64,000 nt of DNA from a virus (IMGVR_UViG_3300022562_000870:4184-68183), one strand, 5' to 3'; shown: positions 28,955 through 40,245, counted from the stretch's first letter. Numbers and translations are program-made. The notes: a model not told the origin generated them from the sequence alone.

Positions 28955-29803
28955 ATGTCGATTATAAAACATGGTGATTGTCTTGATGTTTTAAAAGAAT
29001 ATCCAGACGATTATTTTGATTTGATATTAACATCACCACCATACGCCGATGCACGCGTAAAAACTTATGGTGGCGTTCCCCCAGATGAATATGTAGAATG
29101 GTTCCTACCACGCTCTGAAGAATTTTTGCGCGTATTAAAACCCACAGGAACTTTTATTCTTAATATTAAAGAAAAGACGGTCAATTCAGAACGAAGCACC
29201 TATGTTATAGAACTAATTCTTGAACTACGCAAACAAGGATGGTTATGGACAGAAGAGTTTATCTGGCATAAAACAACAGCATTTCCTGGAAAATGGCCAA
29301 ACAGATTTCGAGATGCATGGGAAAGATGTTTACAGTTTAATAAAAATAAAAAATTTAAAATGAATCAAGAAGCTGTAATGGTGCCAATCGGTGATTGGGC
29401 AACAAAAACTTCAAGACTTACATCTTTAACAAAAAACGATAAAGTACGCCATGATTCTTCAACCAATAGTGGTTTTAGTAAAAAAACCGCCAATTGGGTT
29501 AATAGGGATATGGTATATCCAACCAATGTTTTACATTTAGCACCAGAAACTGGAAATCGTAAACATAGCGCAGTATTTCCTAAGAAAATACCAGAATGGT
29601 TTATTAAATTATTTACCGATGAAGGTGATATGGTATTAGACCCATTTGTTGGTTCTGGAACTACATGTCACGTAGCAGATGAACTTAACCGTGAATCTGT
29701 TGGTATAGATATTCTTGAAGAAAATATAGAATTAGCTGACAATAAAATGAAAAATTGTGATCTCTTAACATTTGACATAGAAGAAAAAGAAAATGAAAAT
29801 TGA
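28955..29803 (+). CDS. DNA methyltransferase (N6-adenine or N4-cytosine, beta-class)
   Basis: TSPPYAD (motif IV) precedes DPFVGSGTT (motif I). Confidence 0.75.
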   Translation: MSIIKHGDCLDVLKEYPDDYFDLILTSPPYADARVKTYGGVPPDEYVEWFLPRSEEFLRVLKPTGTFILNIKEKTVNSERSTYVIELILELRKQGWLWTEEFIWHKTTAFPGKWPNRFRDAWERCLQFNKNKKFKMNQEAVMVPIGDWATKTSRLTSLTKNDKVRHDSSTNSGFSKKTANWVNRDMVYPTNVLHLAPETGNRKHSAVFPKKIPEWFIKLFTDEGDMVLDPFVGSGTTCHVADELNRESVGIDILEENIELADNKMKNCDLLTFDIEEKENEN

Positions 29804-30641
29804 TAAAAAACGAGTTGACTTGCGGTTGCAAGAATTCAGAATGAATAGAATAGCAGCAATTGAAAAATTTAATATTGAAGAAAAATTAGCAAGGGTAGAT
29901 ATGAGTTTATACAGAATCAACGGTATACTTACTATAAAAGACTTTGCTAAAAAAATGGTAAAAGACTGGTACGCAAGGAATACAGAAACAGAACATGGAC
30001 ATGTTATGGAACATATTGCAACATTGACAGTGGAAGAAAATTTTAAAGTTTTGGATGTTCCACAAAGTGAAAAATGTAGTTTTGATATTTTATTCACCGT
30101 AGAAGATAGTAATGGTCGAACAATGTTAACTGGCTTACAAGTTAAAGCAGGTGAAAATAGTCAAAATTGTCAAAACATGGATGGATATAAGGGTGATGTT
30201 ATTAAATTTAACAAAAAATATAAACACGAATATGATAATGTAATGTGCATAAAAGGATCTTGTCGCGGTACTTCTAACGGGTTCATATTAGTAGACGGTA
30301 TACCTAAACATTTAAGTATAAAGTTGGCTGGACAGGAATTCTGGAAGAAAATAAGTGGTGGCAGTGATGACTTCTTTGAAAAAGTGTATGGTCTTGTAGA
30401 TTATTTTTTCGCAGAACATGAAGAAGTAATCGACGAAAAGTTAAATGAATTAATTTCTAATGTTTGTAACTATTTAAGTGCTAACTGCTCAAACGATGGT
30501 GTACATATAGATCCATTAAAAGTTTTATCATACACATCAGTTAGTAAATTACCCAACCCCGCACTATTAGATAATGCGCTTGCGGCTATTGAAAACCCCG
30601 ACGCATTTTATGAAAGAGAAAGTCTTATTTCATATGAATAA
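29793..30641 (+). CDS. hypothetical protein between two methyltransferases (nuclease or anti-restriction function possible)
   Basis: Position only. Weak D...E.K spacing (FDILFTVED...LQVK). Confidence 0.35.
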   Translation: MKIDKKRVDLRLQEFRMNRIAAIEKFNIEEKLARVDMSLYRINGILTIKDFAKKMVKDWYARNTETEHGHVMEHIATLTVEENFKVLDVPQSEKCSFDILFTVEDSNGRTMLTGLQVKAGENSQNCQNMDGYKGDVIKFNKKYKHEYDNVMCIKGSCRGTSNGFILVDGIPKHLSIKLAGQEFWKKISGGSDDFFEKVYGLVDYFFAEHEEVIDEKLNELISNVCNYLSANCSNDGVHIDPLKVLSYTSVSKLPNPALLDNALAAIENPDAFYERESLISYE

Positions 30642-31212
30642 ACCCACCATACAAGATTTTATAGATATCGACGACCTTCCACCAAACGAAGAACAAATGA
30701 TGAAGGCGGCTGGTTTCACACATGATAGTGTGGACAATCAGTCTGTAGATTGGTATACACCTAAATGGATATTTGATGAATTAGATATAAAATTTGATCT
30801 CGATCCTTGTCATCCAAAACAAAGAATTCCATGGATTCCCGTAGAAAAGCATTATAGTTTAGAAGATGATGGATTAAAATCACCATGGTTTGGAAACGTT
30901 TGGTTAAATCCTCCATATGGTAAGGAAACTAGTATATGGTTAGAAAAGATGCATAACCATCGTAATGGTATAGCATTAGTTTTTGCCAGAACGGATTGTC
31001 AATGGTATCACAATTATGTTACACGGGCAGATGGATTACTTTTTCTTAAAGGTAGAATTAGGTTCGTAGATGGTCTTGGTGTTACAAAGGGTGGTGGTGC
31101 TGGCAGTGGATCTATGCTCATATCATGGGGTGAAGCTAATACTAATAGGTTAAAACAAATATCCGACCGGGGTCATTTTATACCCCTTGACGAATTGAAA
31201 AAAATAAGGTAA
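30634..31212 (+). CDS. DNA N6-adenine methyltransferase, phage Dam-like
   Basis: DWYTPKWIF and NPPYG motifs. The start was refined to ATG at 30634, overlapping the upstream stop. Confidence 0.65.
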   Translation: MNKPTIQDFIDIDDLPPNEEQMMKAAGFTHDSVDNQSVDWYTPKWIFDELDIKFDLDPCHPKQRIPWIPVEKHYSLEDDGLKSPWFGNVWLNPPYGKETSIWLEKMHNHRNGIALVFARTDCQWYHNYVTRADGLLFLKGRIRFVDGLGVTKGGGAGSGSMLISWGEANTNRLKQISDRGHFIPLDELKKIR

Positions 31213-31286
31213 ACTCTGCGAAACTTAAAATTATAAATTTACAATAATGATAAATTTATAACAACTATAATTCTGAGGGGAATAAA

Positions 31287-32750
31287 ATGAGTTTATTTTT
31301 AATTGGTGGTATAGCCGCCAGTGCAGTAGTACTATTAGCTTTAGTGGTTTCTTTGATTTGGCGCGTCGTAGTTGAACCGAATGAAGTACATATCGTTCAA
31401 TCTGGTAAGACGACTAAGGTTTATGGTCGCCCATCGGCAGACTTATCAAATGAAGAAGGATTGAAAATATATGGTAACAGTTATTATAACTGGCCAGCAT
31501 GGATTCCATGGATTGGTGTTCAATCAAAAGTTTTTCCTTTGGCGGTGTTTGATGAAGCATTGGAAGAATATGAAGCATATGATGTTGGTCGTGTTCCATT
31601 CGTAGTTGACATCGTAGCTTTCTTTCGTATTTCCGATCCTGCGGTGGCAGCGAAGCGCGTTGATACAATTCCCGAATTGCGCGAACAGCTTAAGCTGATT
31701 CTGCGTGGTGCAGTTCGTACTATCTTAGCAAAACATGATATCGAAGAAATTATGGGTGAACGCTCAAAATTTGGTAAAATGTTTACAGAAGAAACAGAAA
31801 TGCAACTTAAAGAATGGGGCGTTTCAAACGTAAAAAGTATTGAATTGATGGATGTGCGCGACGGCAAAACCTCAAAGACCGTTTCAAATATCATGGCTAA
31901 GAAAGAATCTTTCATAGAAATGGAATCGCGTAAAGAAGTTGCAGTCAACCATAAGAATGCACAATTGGCAGAAATTGATGCAGCCCGTGAAGCTGAAGTT
32001 CGTAAACAAGAAGCTGAACAATTGGTTGGCCAAAGGACTGCTGAAAAAGACCAAGCAGTTGGTATTGCAACAGAAAAGGCACAACAAGAAATTAAAGAAC
32101 AAGCAAAAGTTACAGCCGAAAAAGATATGGCTGTTAAACAAGTTCAACAAGTACGTCAAGCAGAAATTGATAAAAATGTACAAGTCGTTAAAGCACAACA
32201 GGATAAAGAAGTTGCTATTACTGTTTCAGAAGGTACGCGTGAACAAACACGTATCGTTGCTGAAGGTAATTTGAAAGAAAAGCAATTACAAGCAGAAGGT
32301 ATACTCGCTGTTGGTACTTCTGAAGCTGAAGCAAAACGTCTGGCTGAAATGGCGCTGGTCACACCACAAATTGAACTTGCTAAAGAAATCGGTGAAAATG
32401 AAGGATATCAAACATATCTTATCAAAATCCGCGCAGTTGAAAAGGATGAAGTTGTTGGTGTTGAACAAGCTAAAGCACTACAAGATGCTGGTATTAAAGT
32501 CATTGCTAACACGGGTAATGTTTCAAACGGCGTTGATAGTGTAATGGATTTATTCTCATCAAAAGGCGGTACGGCAATTGGTTCAACTTTAGAAGCAATG
32601 GCAAACACTGAACAAGGACAAGCACTTTTAGCTAAACTTGGTCTTAAGCAAACCGATGATAGTATAGAAGATATAGCTTCTAAAATGACTAAATCAGTAA
32701 AACGCAGTTCTAAACCTAATGGAAAAGGTAACGGCGCTGCACTTCAATAA
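31287..32750 (+). CDS. SPFH/band-7 (flotillin-like) membrane protein with a long coiled coil
   Basis: N-terminal transmembrane segment, an SPFH core (VVEPNEVHIVQSGK...), then a Q/E/K/A-rich repeat region. Confidence 0.65.
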   Translation: MSLFLIGGIAASAVVLLALVVSLIWRVVVEPNEVHIVQSGKTTKVYGRPSADLSNEEGLKIYGNSYYNWPAWIPWIGVQSKVFPLAVFDEALEEYEAYDVGRVPFVVDIVAFFRISDPAVAAKRVDTIPELREQLKLILRGAVRTILAKHDIEEIMGERSKFGKMFTEETEMQLKEWGVSNVKSIELMDVRDGKTSKTVSNIMAKKESFIEMESRKEVAVNHKNAQLAEIDAAREAEVRKQEAEQLVGQRTAEKDQAVGIATEKAQQEIKEQAKVTAEKDMAVKQVQQVRQAEIDKNVQVVKAQQDKEVAITVSEGTREQTRIVAEGNLKEKQLQAEGILAVGTSEAEAKRLAEMALVTPQIELAKEIGENEGYQTYLIKIRAVEKDEVVGVEQAKALQDAGIKVIANTGNVSNGVDSVMDLFSSKGGTAIGSTLEAMANTEQGQALLAKLGLKQTDDSIEDIASKMTKSVKRSSKPNGKGNGAALQ

Positions 32751-32764
32751 GTAACTACAATAAA

Positions 32765-32800
32765 AAGCGGGTAAGTTTATCTTGACTTACCCGCTTTTTT
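32765..32800 (+). terminator. rho-independent terminator
   Basis: AGCGGGTAAG-loop-CTTACCCGCT followed by TTTTTT. Confidence 0.65.
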
Positions 32801-32819
32801 ATATTAGGATATATGTATT

Positions 32820-33215
32820 ATGCTAGACACGGATCACACTGCAAAACGCATTACTGAAACTGAACGCCTTTTAAATAAAGGCATTTGGGTTACAGCCGGA
32901 ACCATTCTCTTAATAATGTTAATGATGACAACATGCACGATGCATAGCAATACTTATGATGGTGAACGTATTCGTGAAGAAGCGGCTGCTCAAAAGAACG
33001 AAATAGAATTAGCCAAACAGAAAGCAATAGTTAGACAAGCAGAAATACAGGCGGACAAAGAAAGATTGGAAATCATCGAACGATTGATAAAATCTGGAAT
33101 CAATCCCGTAGCTGCAAGGTGTGGAATTAATGGTTGGACTGTTGTACATGATGATCCAACGTGTTTGGTTGCCGCAGGAATTAATAATAATTCACAAAGA
33201 AAAACTGAAGAATAA
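32820..33215 (+). CDS. hypothetical membrane/coiled-coil protein
   Basis: ORF with no recognised family. Confidence 0.35.
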   Translation: MLDTDHTAKRITETERLLNKGIWVTAGTILLIMLMMTTCTMHSNTYDGERIREEAAAQKNEIELAKQKAIVRQAEIQADKERLEIIERLIKSGINPVAARCGINGWTVVHDDPTCLVAAGINNNSQRKTEE

Positions 33216-33243
33216 AAAATATTAAATATGGGGATATAATTTT

Positions 33244-34329
33244 ATGAAAAATATAGCTGTCTTGGGCGCTGGAAACATAGGCTCACTAATTTCAATTTTA
33301 CTTGCAACAAATGAATACAATGTTCACCTATTAAGTGATAACTTTCCTGATATAGATTTTGAAACTCATGGGATTCATCTTTGTATAAGTGATGTATCAG
33401 ACACGGATTCGCTTCAACGATTCGTAAAAGACAACGCAATTGATGTGATAGTATCGGCATTACCATATTATTTAAACATAGGTGTTGCTACTATCGCGAA
33501 TGAAAACAACATTAATTATTTCGACCTAACTGAAGATGTAGGTGTAAAAAATCATATCCTTAACCTTGTTGAAACATCCTCTCAAAACAATATTCTAATG
33601 CCACAATGTGGTCTAGCACCAGGATTTATTAATATTGTGGGTGCAGATTTAATGCGTCAATTTGATAGCATACATGAAGCAAAGCTACGCGTTGGTGCAC
33701 TGCCGCAAACAATTAGTAATTCTTTAAAATATAATTTAACATGGTCTACTAATGGTTTAGTCAATGAATATGGCAATCCGTGTGAAGCGATTGTCGAAGG
33801 ACGATTTGTAGATGATTTGATGCCATTGGAAGGGGTAGAAACAACACTTATTGATGGTGTTGAATATGAAGCATTTAATACTTCTGGTGGATTAGGCACG
33901 TTAGCAGAAACATTTGCTCAAAAAGCACGCAATCTTAATTATAAAACGCTGCGCTATCCAGGGCATTGCGAAAAAATTAAATTCCTGATGTTTGATTTGC
34001 GCTTAAATGAAAAAAGACATGTCTTAGAAAATATCTTAGAACAAGCTGTACCAATGACCAAACAAGATGTTATTGTTATATACTCTGCTGTTTCTGGTAA
34101 TGTTGCAGGTAAATTTAAGGAATTGTCTTATGTCAATAAAGTATATCCACGTGAAATCGCCGGACAGGTGTGGGCAGGAATACAAGTGACTACCGCTGCT
34201 GGTGTATGTGCTGCATTGGATATCACTATAAATAATCCCGAAAAATATAATGGGTTTGTTAGACAAGAAGATATTAATCTTGATGAGTTTATCAATAACA
34301 GATTCGGTGAATATTACTTAGAACCATAA
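33244..34329 (+). CDS. saccharopine-dehydrogenase-family NAD(P)-binding oxidoreductase
   Basis: N-terminal IAVLGAGNIGS Rossmann motif and a length of about 360 aa. Confidence 0.5.
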   Translation: MKNIAVLGAGNIGSLISILLATNEYNVHLLSDNFPDIDFETHGIHLCISDVSDTDSLQRFVKDNAIDVIVSALPYYLNIGVATIANENNINYFDLTEDVGVKNHILNLVETSSQNNILMPQCGLAPGFINIVGADLMRQFDSIHEAKLRVGALPQTISNSLKYNLTWSTNGLVNEYGNPCEAIVEGRFVDDLMPLEGVETTLIDGVEYEAFNTSGGLGTLAETFAQKARNLNYKTLRYPGHCEKIKFLMFDLRLNEKRHVLENILEQAVPMTKQDVIVIYSAVSGNVAGKFKELSYVNKVYPREIAGQVWAGIQVTTAAGVCAALDITINNPEKYNGFVRQEDINLDEFINNRFGEYYLEP

Positions 34330-34359
34330 TAGTAATTAATCTTCAAGTAAAGCATAATA

Positions 34360-34629
34360 ATGACTAACGAATTTCTCTTAGAAATTGCTGGTTGGATCGG
34401 TGCGTTTCTATTCTGTGTATCCGGATTACCACAAGCGTGGCAATGTATAAAACAAGGGCACAGTGAAGGTCTATCAAAGTCTTTTTTACAGATGTGGATT
34501 TGGGGTGAAATTCTTACTTTGATATACGTTTTACCCAAATGGCATTGGCCACTTATAGCCAATTATGCTATCAATATAGTTATTATCGGAATTATAATTT
34601 GGTACAGATACCTGCCACGCAAGTCTTGA
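34360..34629 (+). CDS. PQ-loop (SemiSWEET-like) small membrane protein
   Basis: GLPQAWQ PQ-loop motif and three predicted helices in 89 aa. Confidence 0.4.
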   Translation: MTNEFLLEIAGWIGAFLFCVSGLPQAWQCIKQGHSEGLSKSFLQMWIWGEILTLIYVLPKWHWPLIANYAINIVIIGIIIWYRYLPRKS

Positions 34630-34660
34630 CTTTAACCCCCAAATAACCTATACTGCTGGT

Positions 34661-35869
34661 ATGAATGAATATCAGCAAAAAATATATGACGATTTAATGC
34701 AACTTGTTGAAAACAATGAAGCATTTTACTACGTTGACCAACACATATTTGATGGTTTATCATCATCTATTGATACAGTATATCGTATTTTCTTATATCG
34801 ATTAGCTTCTTACACAGACTTTCTGAATCCATCGGCGCTGGAATGTCGTGGTATTACTTTTGAAGTAACTGAAGAAGGTAAGAATGCACAACCAATTCGC
34901 TTGGCGGCAATGCCAATGGAAAAGTTTTTCAATTTACATGAAAATCCATTCACTATGGATTTAGATCTTTCCGCTGTTGAAAGTGTAATGTTGAAAGCTG
35001 ATGGTAGTTTAATATCGGCTTTCAAACACAATGGTTATCTACGGCTTAAGACGAAAGGTTCGTTGTGGTCTGACCAAGCAATGGCGGCAATGGGGTGGTT
35101 ACACGATCATGAAAATCAACCACTACTTAATGAAATAACATTATTAGTTAACCATGGCTTTACCGTCAATATGGAATGGTGTGCGCCAGATAATCGTATT
35201 GTTATCAATTACCAAGAACCAAAGTTAGTAATTCTTAATATCCGCAATAATGAAGATGGTAGTTATGTTCGCTATCCTGATCGCGTAGATGAAGGTTTTG
35301 TTGAAATACACAAACATTGGATAGAATTGGAACAACCAAAAGATATCAATGAATTTGTTAAGCAAATACCTTCTATGAAAGATGTGGAAGGTTATGTTGT
35401 ATGCATCAGTTCTGGTCAACCTCATGCCAAAACTCAATTGGCTAACGGTGATTGTTGCATTGGTATCCAGCATGTTAAAATAAAGACTGAATGGTACTTG
35501 ACACAACATCGTGCAAAAGATTCTATCGATAGCCCACGGCGTTTGTTCGAAGCTGTCTTGGAAGAAGCTACTGATGACTTAAAATCTTTATTCCATGATA
35601 ATCCATATGTCTTGAATAAAATCGACGAAATGGAAAAATTCGTTGAAGTACGATACAACCACTTGGTTGATACTGTCGAACGTTTCTATGAACGCAATAA
35701 AGGATTAGAACGCAAAGAATATGCTATTCTTGGACAACAGGAAATGGATCGTATGCAGTTCGGTTTAGCTATGATGAAGTATTTGGATAAGCCTGTTTCT
35801 TACAAAGATGCTATGAAAAAGGCTTGGAAACATTATGGCCTTAAAGATGCAGTAAAGGAAGAAGAATGA
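34661..35869 (+). CDS. RNA ligase, T4 Rnl1-like
   Basis: Nucleotidyltransferase motif I in LKADGSLI (KxDGSL as at T4 Rnl1 K99). Size about 400 aa. Confidence 0.6.
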   Translation: MNEYQQKIYDDLMQLVENNEAFYYVDQHIFDGLSSSIDTVYRIFLYRLASYTDFLNPSALECRGITFEVTEEGKNAQPIRLAAMPMEKFFNLHENPFTMDLDLSAVESVMLKADGSLISAFKHNGYLRLKTKGSLWSDQAMAAMGWLHDHENQPLLNEITLLVNHGFTVNMEWCAPDNRIVINYQEPKLVILNIRNNEDGSYVRYPDRVDEGFVEIHKHWIELEQPKDINEFVKQIPSMKDVEGYVVCISSGQPHAKTQLANGDCCIGIQHVKIKTEWYLTQHRAKDSIDSPRRLFEAVLEEATDDLKSLFHDNPYVLNKIDEMEKFVEVRYNHLVDTVERFYERNKGLERKEYAILGQQEMDRMQFGLAMMKYLDKPVSYKDAMKKAWKHYGLKDAVKEEE

Positions 35870-36390
35870 GTATTGATTTGCCGCAAGGCCCAATATCTTG
35901 GGAAGCTGCGGCTGCCCTCGATGAAGAATATGCAAAGGTTCTTGAACGTGAAGAACTAGGATATGACCTTTATATTGACAATGCTAATGTTCTTAGATGG
36001 GTACCAAATCCAGAACGCGTGGAAGAAATCATGAATGAATTTGGTGCAAAAGATCTTAATGATTTATTTGGTAGATGTAATGCGGATAAAAACGATCCAA
36101 AGATTCGCGAACTTTACAAAGCTATGGGTTACAGTTTATCTGGATTTTGGGAAATATTTTATTGGGAAGTAAACAATGAAGACGCATGGGCGTATCAAGG
36201 AAGATTGAAAACTCCTGTTGATAAAAAACGATTAGGATTTGAAGTGCAATTTGAAGTCAACGGTGATATTGATCCAGAAAAATTTAAGAAAGCATTCGAA
36301 TCCTTCCTTGAGTTTGGTGCCGATGAAGCAGAAAATATTGAAGGTGCTTACGAACATAAAATAATTTCAGTTGAAAGACTTTTATATTAG
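35866..36390 (+). CDS. hypothetical protein
   Basis: ORF overlapping the upstream stop. Confidence 0.4.
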   Translation: MSIDLPQGPISWEAAAALDEEYAKVLEREELGYDLYIDNANVLRWVPNPERVEEIMNEFGAKDLNDLFGRCNADKNDPKIRELYKAMGYSLSGFWEIFYWEVNNEDAWAYQGRLKTPVDKKRLGFEVQFEVNGDIDPEKFKKAFESFLEFGADEAENIEGAYEHKIISVERLLY

Positions 36391-36402
36391 GAGAAAAATA
36401 AT

Positions 36403-36891
36403 ATGAGTACACAAGACGTACCGGGTTACGGTAGTGCATCCAGCGACAAGCTCGCTATGGGTGTTTGGGGTGAACATAACGATGGTAGTTTACTATTAGT
36501 TGAATCTACAGAAGGTGGAAGGATAGTTTATTCTATTTTTGATATGGCACAAGATCCTATCGTAGAATACCGCGATGCGATGCCAGAAGCGGGTTTCAAA
36601 GAAACATTTTCTTTTAGTAGTAAAAAATCAAAAGTAGATAGCGGTTGGGTATTCCATGATAAAACACCATTCCCATGGGATAAAGTTATGAAAAGTGGTG
36701 GCAAAGATGGTATGCGTTATGCCTCTGCTAATGACCAACTTAATGCCGCACAGCGCGTAGCACAGTCTATGGAACTTCGCAAACAAACATTTAATGGAGA
36801 TAAGTGGTCGCACATGCTCGGAGTAGTTGGTAAAAAGGGTAAAGTTATCGTTGATAAGCTGCAACGCGCAATTAACGAATTAGGAAGATAA
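36403..36891 (+). CDS. hypothetical protein
   Basis: ORF with no recognised family. Confidence 0.4.
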   Translation: MSTQDVPGYGSASSDKLAMGVWGEHNDGSLLLVESTEGGRIVYSIFDMAQDPIVEYRDAMPEAGFKETFSFSSKKSKVDSGWVFHDKTPFPWDKVMKSGGKDGMRYASANDQLNAAQRVAQSMELRKQTFNGDKWSHMLGVVGKKGKVIVDKLQRAINELGR

Positions 36892-37407
36892 CATGCCAAA
36901 ATTTAAAGAAGGTGATAAGGTTGTTGTCAAACATCAGCGTGAAATGGGTGAATGTATTGTTACAAATCCTTGTGAACAAACAGACATGACACGCATCGGT
37001 GGTGAACCTGTTGGTTTTTATGTTCGCATTGACACACCAAAAGCCAAGAATCAAGGATACCACGAAGAAAATCTAGAAAAGGTATAACATGGCGGAACAA
37101 ATATCAGAAGACGGTCGTGCAACAGGCATTGTACGTACAGATATGCATTGTCATGATTGTAGTAAACAATTCTACGCTTCTATAGATTTTGAGATTGACG
37201 GCAATCATATAATAATTTGTCCAAATTGCGGACATAATCATTGTCGCGTTATTGTGAACGGGCAAGTTACTGGTGAACGTTGGGATAGTAAATGGGGCAG
37301 CGTTAATGATAGGACTGAACGAATTTGGAATCACCAGACATTGAAAATGGAAACTAGCTCCGCTGCGCAATTTTTAAGAAATAAGTGGATAAAGAAGTCA
37401 ACATGAC

Positions 37408-38067
37408 ATGAGCTATATAACAATTGCCAACAACACTAGTAGCGGTAATTATTATATTGCTGGTACCGCAGGTGGAACAGTTACCAGTAATACATGGGCA
37501 ACGACATCAAGTACGTATCCTTCAACAGGTTCTGGTTTAACTGTAGGTAGTGGTGGGATAGCAGTATCTGGTAATAATAATGTAGTAATATCAAATTTGG
37601 TTGTCGATGGAAGCCTCGGTGCCATAGAAGTTTCACCAAACACTACATTAAAACTACCAGACGGCCATATAATTGAGGTTGACGATCTTGGTAATTTTGA
37701 AATACTTGATGATGATGCGCAAGTAACATACAAAGCAAATAATGTATTAGAATTTAACAAATATATTAATGCTAGTGATTTACTTGAAGCGTTCATTAAA
37801 GATTTGGGGCATATAGGTATCAAACAGGGTGAAGTATTAAACGTTCCAATCGAACTTTTTATTAATTGGATTATTCTTAAAGCTGCTGAACAAGATGGTG
37901 ATAATGCACCAGCAGATGTTCCACGTTTAGAATCTTCTGTTAAACCTACCAAGCATCCAAAATGTTTATGTTGTGGAAAGTTTATTAAGAAGAAGTTGGT
38001 GGAACATAAAATACATTTTTGCAACCCCGAACATCATCATTTATATTTACATAAGGTAGGAATATGA
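37408..38067 (+). CDS. hypothetical protein (Gly/Ser/Thr-rich N-terminus)
   Basis: ORF with no recognised family. Confidence 0.4.
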   Translation: MSYITIANNTSSGNYYIAGTAGGTVTSNTWATTSSTYPSTGSGLTVGSGGIAVSGNNNVVISNLVVDGSLGAIEVSPNTTLKLPDGHIIEVDDLGNFEILDDDAQVTYKANNVLEFNKYINASDLLEAFIKDLGHIGIKQGEVLNVPIELFINWIILKAAEQDGDNAPADVPRLESSVKPTKHPKCLCCGKFIKKKLVEHKIHFCNPEHHHLYLHKVGI

Positions 38068-38633
38068 AAAATCTTTACCCAAAAATATATGAAATATTAA
38101 GGTTAACATATGATACTATGGAGGAGGATGAAATTCCTTTAAACGATTTTCTTATGTTTGCGCAATATAATTTTTTCAACGAGCACGGAAAAGAAGTAAA
38201 TGATTTTGAAATATATGCTGCATTTGTTACATTACAAGCGGAAGAAGTTTTTAGGCTTACATCAGACAAAATGGTTTGCGCGGGTGAACAATATGAGTAG
38301 ATGAATAAATGGATTATAACGTAGAAATAATAGCAGGTACAGGTAAAGAAGCATTGGGTAATGTCTGTATTCCTGACAGAGGTGATATAGTTACAAAAGA
38401 TAGCATTATTATTATTCCTCACGGCGGTCAAAAGTACCACGTTGAAGGAATGATATGTAAGGCCATTATTACTGAGATAGGTAATAGAATGTGCCATTTA
38501 GCTATCGTAACCCGCGAACAAGGAAAACTATTAGTTCGTATGGAAAACGCAATGGAACAATTAAAAAATGCTAAACGTGTTTGGATAGATTGCTCAGGCG
38601 AAACACCAACCGTTGTAGTTAGAGGAGAATAAT

Positions 38634-39539
38634 ATGGGTTGTTGGAACCATACATGTGCAATAACAAATTTGCCAATTTATGAAGATGAAGATGTTGTAG
38701 TAATACTTTTAAAAGCAAGAAGTGAACCGAACGAAGATTCCTTTTGTTATCCTACAGCTTATTATGCACCATTACCCTTCTATTTTGAAGGGAAATATAA
38801 TGATTATGGTGCTGTAAAAGATTGTCATGGGGCGGCGCTTGATATAATAGTAGATAAATTACGCGAAAAACTTTTTGAATTAGAGCAAGGTGAAAATCAA
38901 TTTCATGATATTCCTGCAAAGCGGAATGAATTTGATATAGATATGCTTTTTAGTCTAGATCATGAAAATCGTTTGTTTATTCACAATCCAGTAAAATCAC
39001 CATACGATATGCGTGAAAAGATATACATTAAACATATTGTTATTCGCAAAGAAGTTTTCGATGGGATTGTAGATGGGATTGTCATAGACAGTTGCCTTAC
39101 TGGTCTTGTAACTTATAAAGACCTTGTTAATCAATTTCCATTATTTACAAAAGATGTTGATGATATTGTATCGCTTGATAAAGACCATTTCGCACGCACG
39201 TTTTGGAGAATGACCCATAAAATAGGAGATACAACTGTCGCTGAATTTTTAGCATACAATGGACAGGGAAGTTATGGCATGAACCATCCGTTGGACGCGA
39301 ATGAAACACTATTTTCATTACGCGAAAAGGCCGATAAAAGGTATTGGGATGTACTCGATAATGCTGTACGGATGTCACTATTGATGACATTCATGGTGAA
39401 TTCGAGAAAATCTTGGCATATACCATCCGGTGTTGGTTCGCAAGAGGATAGTACTAATTGTCAAGAACTATGTGCAACGTTGACTTTATCATCGGCTAAT
39501 AAACTTAAGAAATATTTTGAAGAAAGGTGGGAAGATTAA
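38634..39539 (+). CDS. hypothetical protein
   Basis: ORF with no recognised family. Confidence 0.4.
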   Translation: MGCWNHTCAITNLPIYEDEDVVVILLKARSEPNEDSFCYPTAYYAPLPFYFEGKYNDYGAVKDCHGAALDIIVDKLREKLFELEQGENQFHDIPAKRNEFDIDMLFSLDHENRLFIHNPVKSPYDMREKIYIKHIVIRKEVFDGIVDGIVIDSCLTGLVTYKDLVNQFPLFTKDVDDIVSLDKDHFARTFWRMTHKIGDTTVAEFLAYNGQGSYGMNHPLDANETLFSLREKADKRYWDVLDNAVRMSLLMTFMVNSRKSWHIPSGVGSQEDSTNCQELCATLTLSSANKLKKYFEERWED

Positions 39540-40245
39540 AATGGGTATAAGAATCCACAAAATGATTGGATATGGGTTACAGGATATTGCCAACGAAGAT
39601 TATGAAATAACCGATTCAAGAATTAATCCAGATGGGTGGCTTGGTGAACGTGACGAAGACAAATTCAACCTTGAGGGTTTTAGTAACCACATAAATGAAA
39701 CACTGGCAACCATGGACGAAGACCACATCGATCATTTCAGCTTAATGCTTCTTCAAAGAACGCTTAAAGATATGCGTGAATATGAATTTTATCATTCTGT
39801 CTTTTATGATAGTGAATATGGTAATCCCAATGTGTTATTGTTCATTCCGCCGGGATGTAAACATTGGAGCAGATATGATGACATGATTGATTATTACGAT
39901 CCTGTTAATTCAAACGATGACGGGATAGTTAATAGTGTCATTCCCATTAACAGAACGCTTTATCCATATGAATCGTGGATCAACATCAAAGAAATGCCGC
40001 CAAAGCGTATTGTTGGTGAAGAATGGCAAGCCCTTTACTTTTATAGAAACATGGTGCGCGAAAATCAAGATTTGCGCAATAAATTAGCACGAGACTTGGG
40101 TTTGGAAAATGAAGAAGAAATAAAGACTTACATAGTCCCGATTATACCAGTAGAACTAGTAGAATTGATAAAATACCTTAAAATCTTCACCAACGAGCGC
40201 CACATTTATGAACTTAGACCAATGATTTACGGATATTGGGGTTAA
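39517..40245 (+). CDS. hypothetical protein
   Basis: ORF with no recognised family. Confidence 0.4.
   Translation: MKKGGKIKMGIRIHKMIGYGLQDIANEDYEITDSRINPDGWLGERDEDKFNLEGFSNHINETLATMDEDHIDHFSLMLLQRTLKDMREYEFYHSVFYDSEYGNPNVLLFIPPGCKHWSRYDDMIDYYDPVNSNDDGIVNSVIPINRTLYPYESWINIKEMPPKRIVGEEWQALYFYRNMVRENQDLRNKLARDLGLENEEEIKTYIVPIIPVELVELIKYLKIFTNERHIYELRPMIYGYWG

Noticed and set aside
31939-32544. ORFs 31939-32274 and 32311-32544 (K-rich) and the minus-strand ORFs inside the SPFH gene
   Set aside because: They are alternative-frame artefacts of the A-rich coiled-coil region of the 31287-32750 gene.
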